A stretch of 64,000 nt of DNA from NCBI GenBank assembly GCA_050613775.1, contig JBODTK010000135.1:186001-250000 (forward strand), written 5' to 3'. The translations under genes and the position numbers were made by a program. Positions 61,840 to 64,000 of this stretch are shown here, piece by piece; the stretch's first letter is position 1; each line of letters begins with the position of its first letter. Source of the stretch: Neocallimastix sp. 'constans'. Its lineage: Eukaryota. The notes under the pieces were generated by a model that saw only the letters and a list, made by a program, of their open reading frames with translations, did not search any database and was not told the DNA's origin.

Positions 61840-64000
61840 TATTAATATTATAAATGTATTTTATTTATATTGTTATAATTAAATTTTATATAATTGATTA
61901 TAAAAATCAATTTAAATTTAATAGTTTTTATATATAAAAAGAAAAATAATAATAAAATGTAATTTAGTGGCAAGAACAACTTTTATGCCTTGAAAAAAAA
62001 AGTATAAATAGTTGTAAATTTTGCTACTAATTTTTAAATATCATCAAATAAAATCAAATAAATTTATAAATAAAAATAATAAATAAATAAATAAAATTTG
62101 TGTTTCTTACTTTATTTTTATTTAATTCTCTAAAACCTTAACATTTATATGGTGGCGATATCGGGGAATTAAATAGAAATAATAGTAAATAACATAGATT
62201 TTTTTTTTAATTTTTTTTTTATTTTATATTGATAAACAAGTAAGTCGTTAATCCTTTGATTAACCTATGGCGCTTGTTTGATATATATATATAAAAAAAA
62301 AAAATTTTTTTTTTTTAAATAAGTAAAATTAAGATTCTAAAAAAACAAATTTTGTAAAATTATAACAAGGAGCGGATAGAGCTCATACACAGTGTATTCT
62401 CAGATAGCAACAAATTAACTCTATTCATAGTAGGTTATTGAATAGTAGTTAATTTGGAGATTAATTGGAAAGTAGACGAAGGTATTTGGTTACCGACCCG
62501 GTAATAATAGTTCAACCTTCAACGTTTCAACACACGAAGGTGCGGGTACTTTCCAAGCACTGGCGAATAAGGAGCTTACGTCACCGAAGGCGTAAGATTG
62601 TTTTTTTTATATAATTTTTTTTTACTTTTCTTTGTGCTAGTTATAAGGCACTTTATTATATAAAGTATCAGACTTTGGCTAACTTCGCCATTTAAATTTT
62701 TTTTATTTTTTTTTATTACTGGTACTTTATTTGTTATATAATTCCTGTAATAGAATCTTAATTTACTTTGAAAATATTGTGTTTTTAGTTAATTTTTATT
62801 AGTTAATAAAAATATTATTGAATACTTTTAAAATTTTTTTATTCCGTACATAGATTATCGGATTAAGTTTATCCTACATAGTAATTGGGCTAGTGGGCTC
62901 TGAACTGCTATATTTTATATTGAATATAGTAATCGTGGCACACGCGTGGCATGACACCATTAGGTAAGCTGCACGTCAGACAGTGTGTACTATCAGATTG
63001 TACGACAATAAAGATTATTTTTTTGTATTTAATAATTATAATTAATTAATAATTTTATTAGCTATAACAATACAATATTTATCGTTTAAAAAGAAAAATT
63101 TTTGAAAGGTGAAAATAATAAATAAAACTTTGCTTCTAAATTTATTACTACAAATATACTAAATTACAAAATTCAAGTGGTCGATAAAGATTTCGAGCTT
63201 GAAAAATATTCTATTAAGTTGTCGATAAAGATTTCGAACTTAAAATTATTCTATTAAGTTGTCGATAAAGATTTCGAACTTAAAATTATTCTTAAAAAAG
63301 TAGTCGAAAAGAACCTCGTGCTTTATAATTTCTACTAAGTTGTCGATAAGGATTTCGAGCTTATACTTACTAAAGAAAGCAAATAAAATTATTATTTTCA
63401 AAAATTACTAAGATATATTGTTTTAAAATTTGATTCGATATTAAATTACTTGTTAAATTATATTTTTAAAGTTGGACTTTCAAATTTATTCGTATTTAAT
63501 AACCTCGTTAATTTACAATAAAAAAATTATTAACTAAAAACGAAATGTCTACTAAAAGTACTTTAAGTTTTAAAGAATTAAAGAAAGAATTACGAGACAT
63601 AGTGAAGCTTAGCAAGGACAATTTAGATATAAAGTCCTGGGCTACTGAATTAAAACTTTGGATCAAGATACAAGGTATCACAGATCCGGAAACAATATTT
63701 AATGCTTGTTTACTTACCAGCTCTGGTGAAGTACAACGCGTTATTGAAGATTTGGGAGAAGATAGTGATGATGAAAGTGATGATTCATCAGATGAAGAAG
63801 AAGATGATGAAGAAGAAAATGTTGATGATGATAAATTTCCTTCTCTTGAAAAAATTATTTCAAGTCTTGAAAATTTTTACGGTATTAAAGAAGACCAAAA
63901 TTTACTTCTTAAAGAACTTCGTGCAATGCGAATTAAAAGAAACGAAAAGATTAAAGACTTTAATGTAAGATATAGAACTTTGTACACTAAACTTGATAAA
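61290..64000 (+). mobile_element. Element F: 5' part of a second copy of family E
   Basis: LTR 61290-62143, PBS at 62150, leader and gag apparently identical to the reverse complement of E. Confidence 0.96.
63545..64000 (+). CDS. gag: Gag of element F (truncated by window end)
   Basis: MSTKSTLSFKELKK..., same as E gag. Confidence 0.92.
   Translation, partial: MSTKSTLSFKELKKELRDIVKLSKDNLDIKSWATELKLWIKIQGITDPETIFNACLLTSSGEVQRVIEDLGEDSDDESDDSSDEEEDDEEENVDDDKFPSLEKIISSLENFYGIKEDQNLLLKELRAMRIKRNEKIKDFNVRYRTLYTKLDK

Overview
Very AT-rich eukaryotic DNA with long homopolymers, consistent with an anaerobic gut fungus (inference). It is almost entirely mobile DNA: Ty1/copia remnants, seven Ty3/gypsy elements (A-G; A partial, F runs off the window) and several solo LTRs with readable target-site duplications (TSDs). 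Removing nested insertions by their TSDs reveals two systems. (1) An endogenous CRESS-DNA-virus-like element. Its gemini/genomovirus-type Rep helicase (13270-13833) rejoins in frame with 48204-48638 across a 34-kb retroelement nest. It sits beside a ~530-bp inverted-repeat-flanked module carrying two capsid paralogs, one with a predicted spliced C-terminal extension. (2) LTRs of a self-priming chromovirus lineage carry a tRNA-type A-box/B-box promoter. Eight LTR insertions land about 12-18 nt upstream of it, all oriented away from it, and seven are stacked at one site. Also seen: a ~230-nt covarying structured RNA shared by two distant retrotransposon lineages, U UUA AAC -1 frameshift signals, and Tf1-type self-priming signatures. 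No intact ordinary host gene was found.
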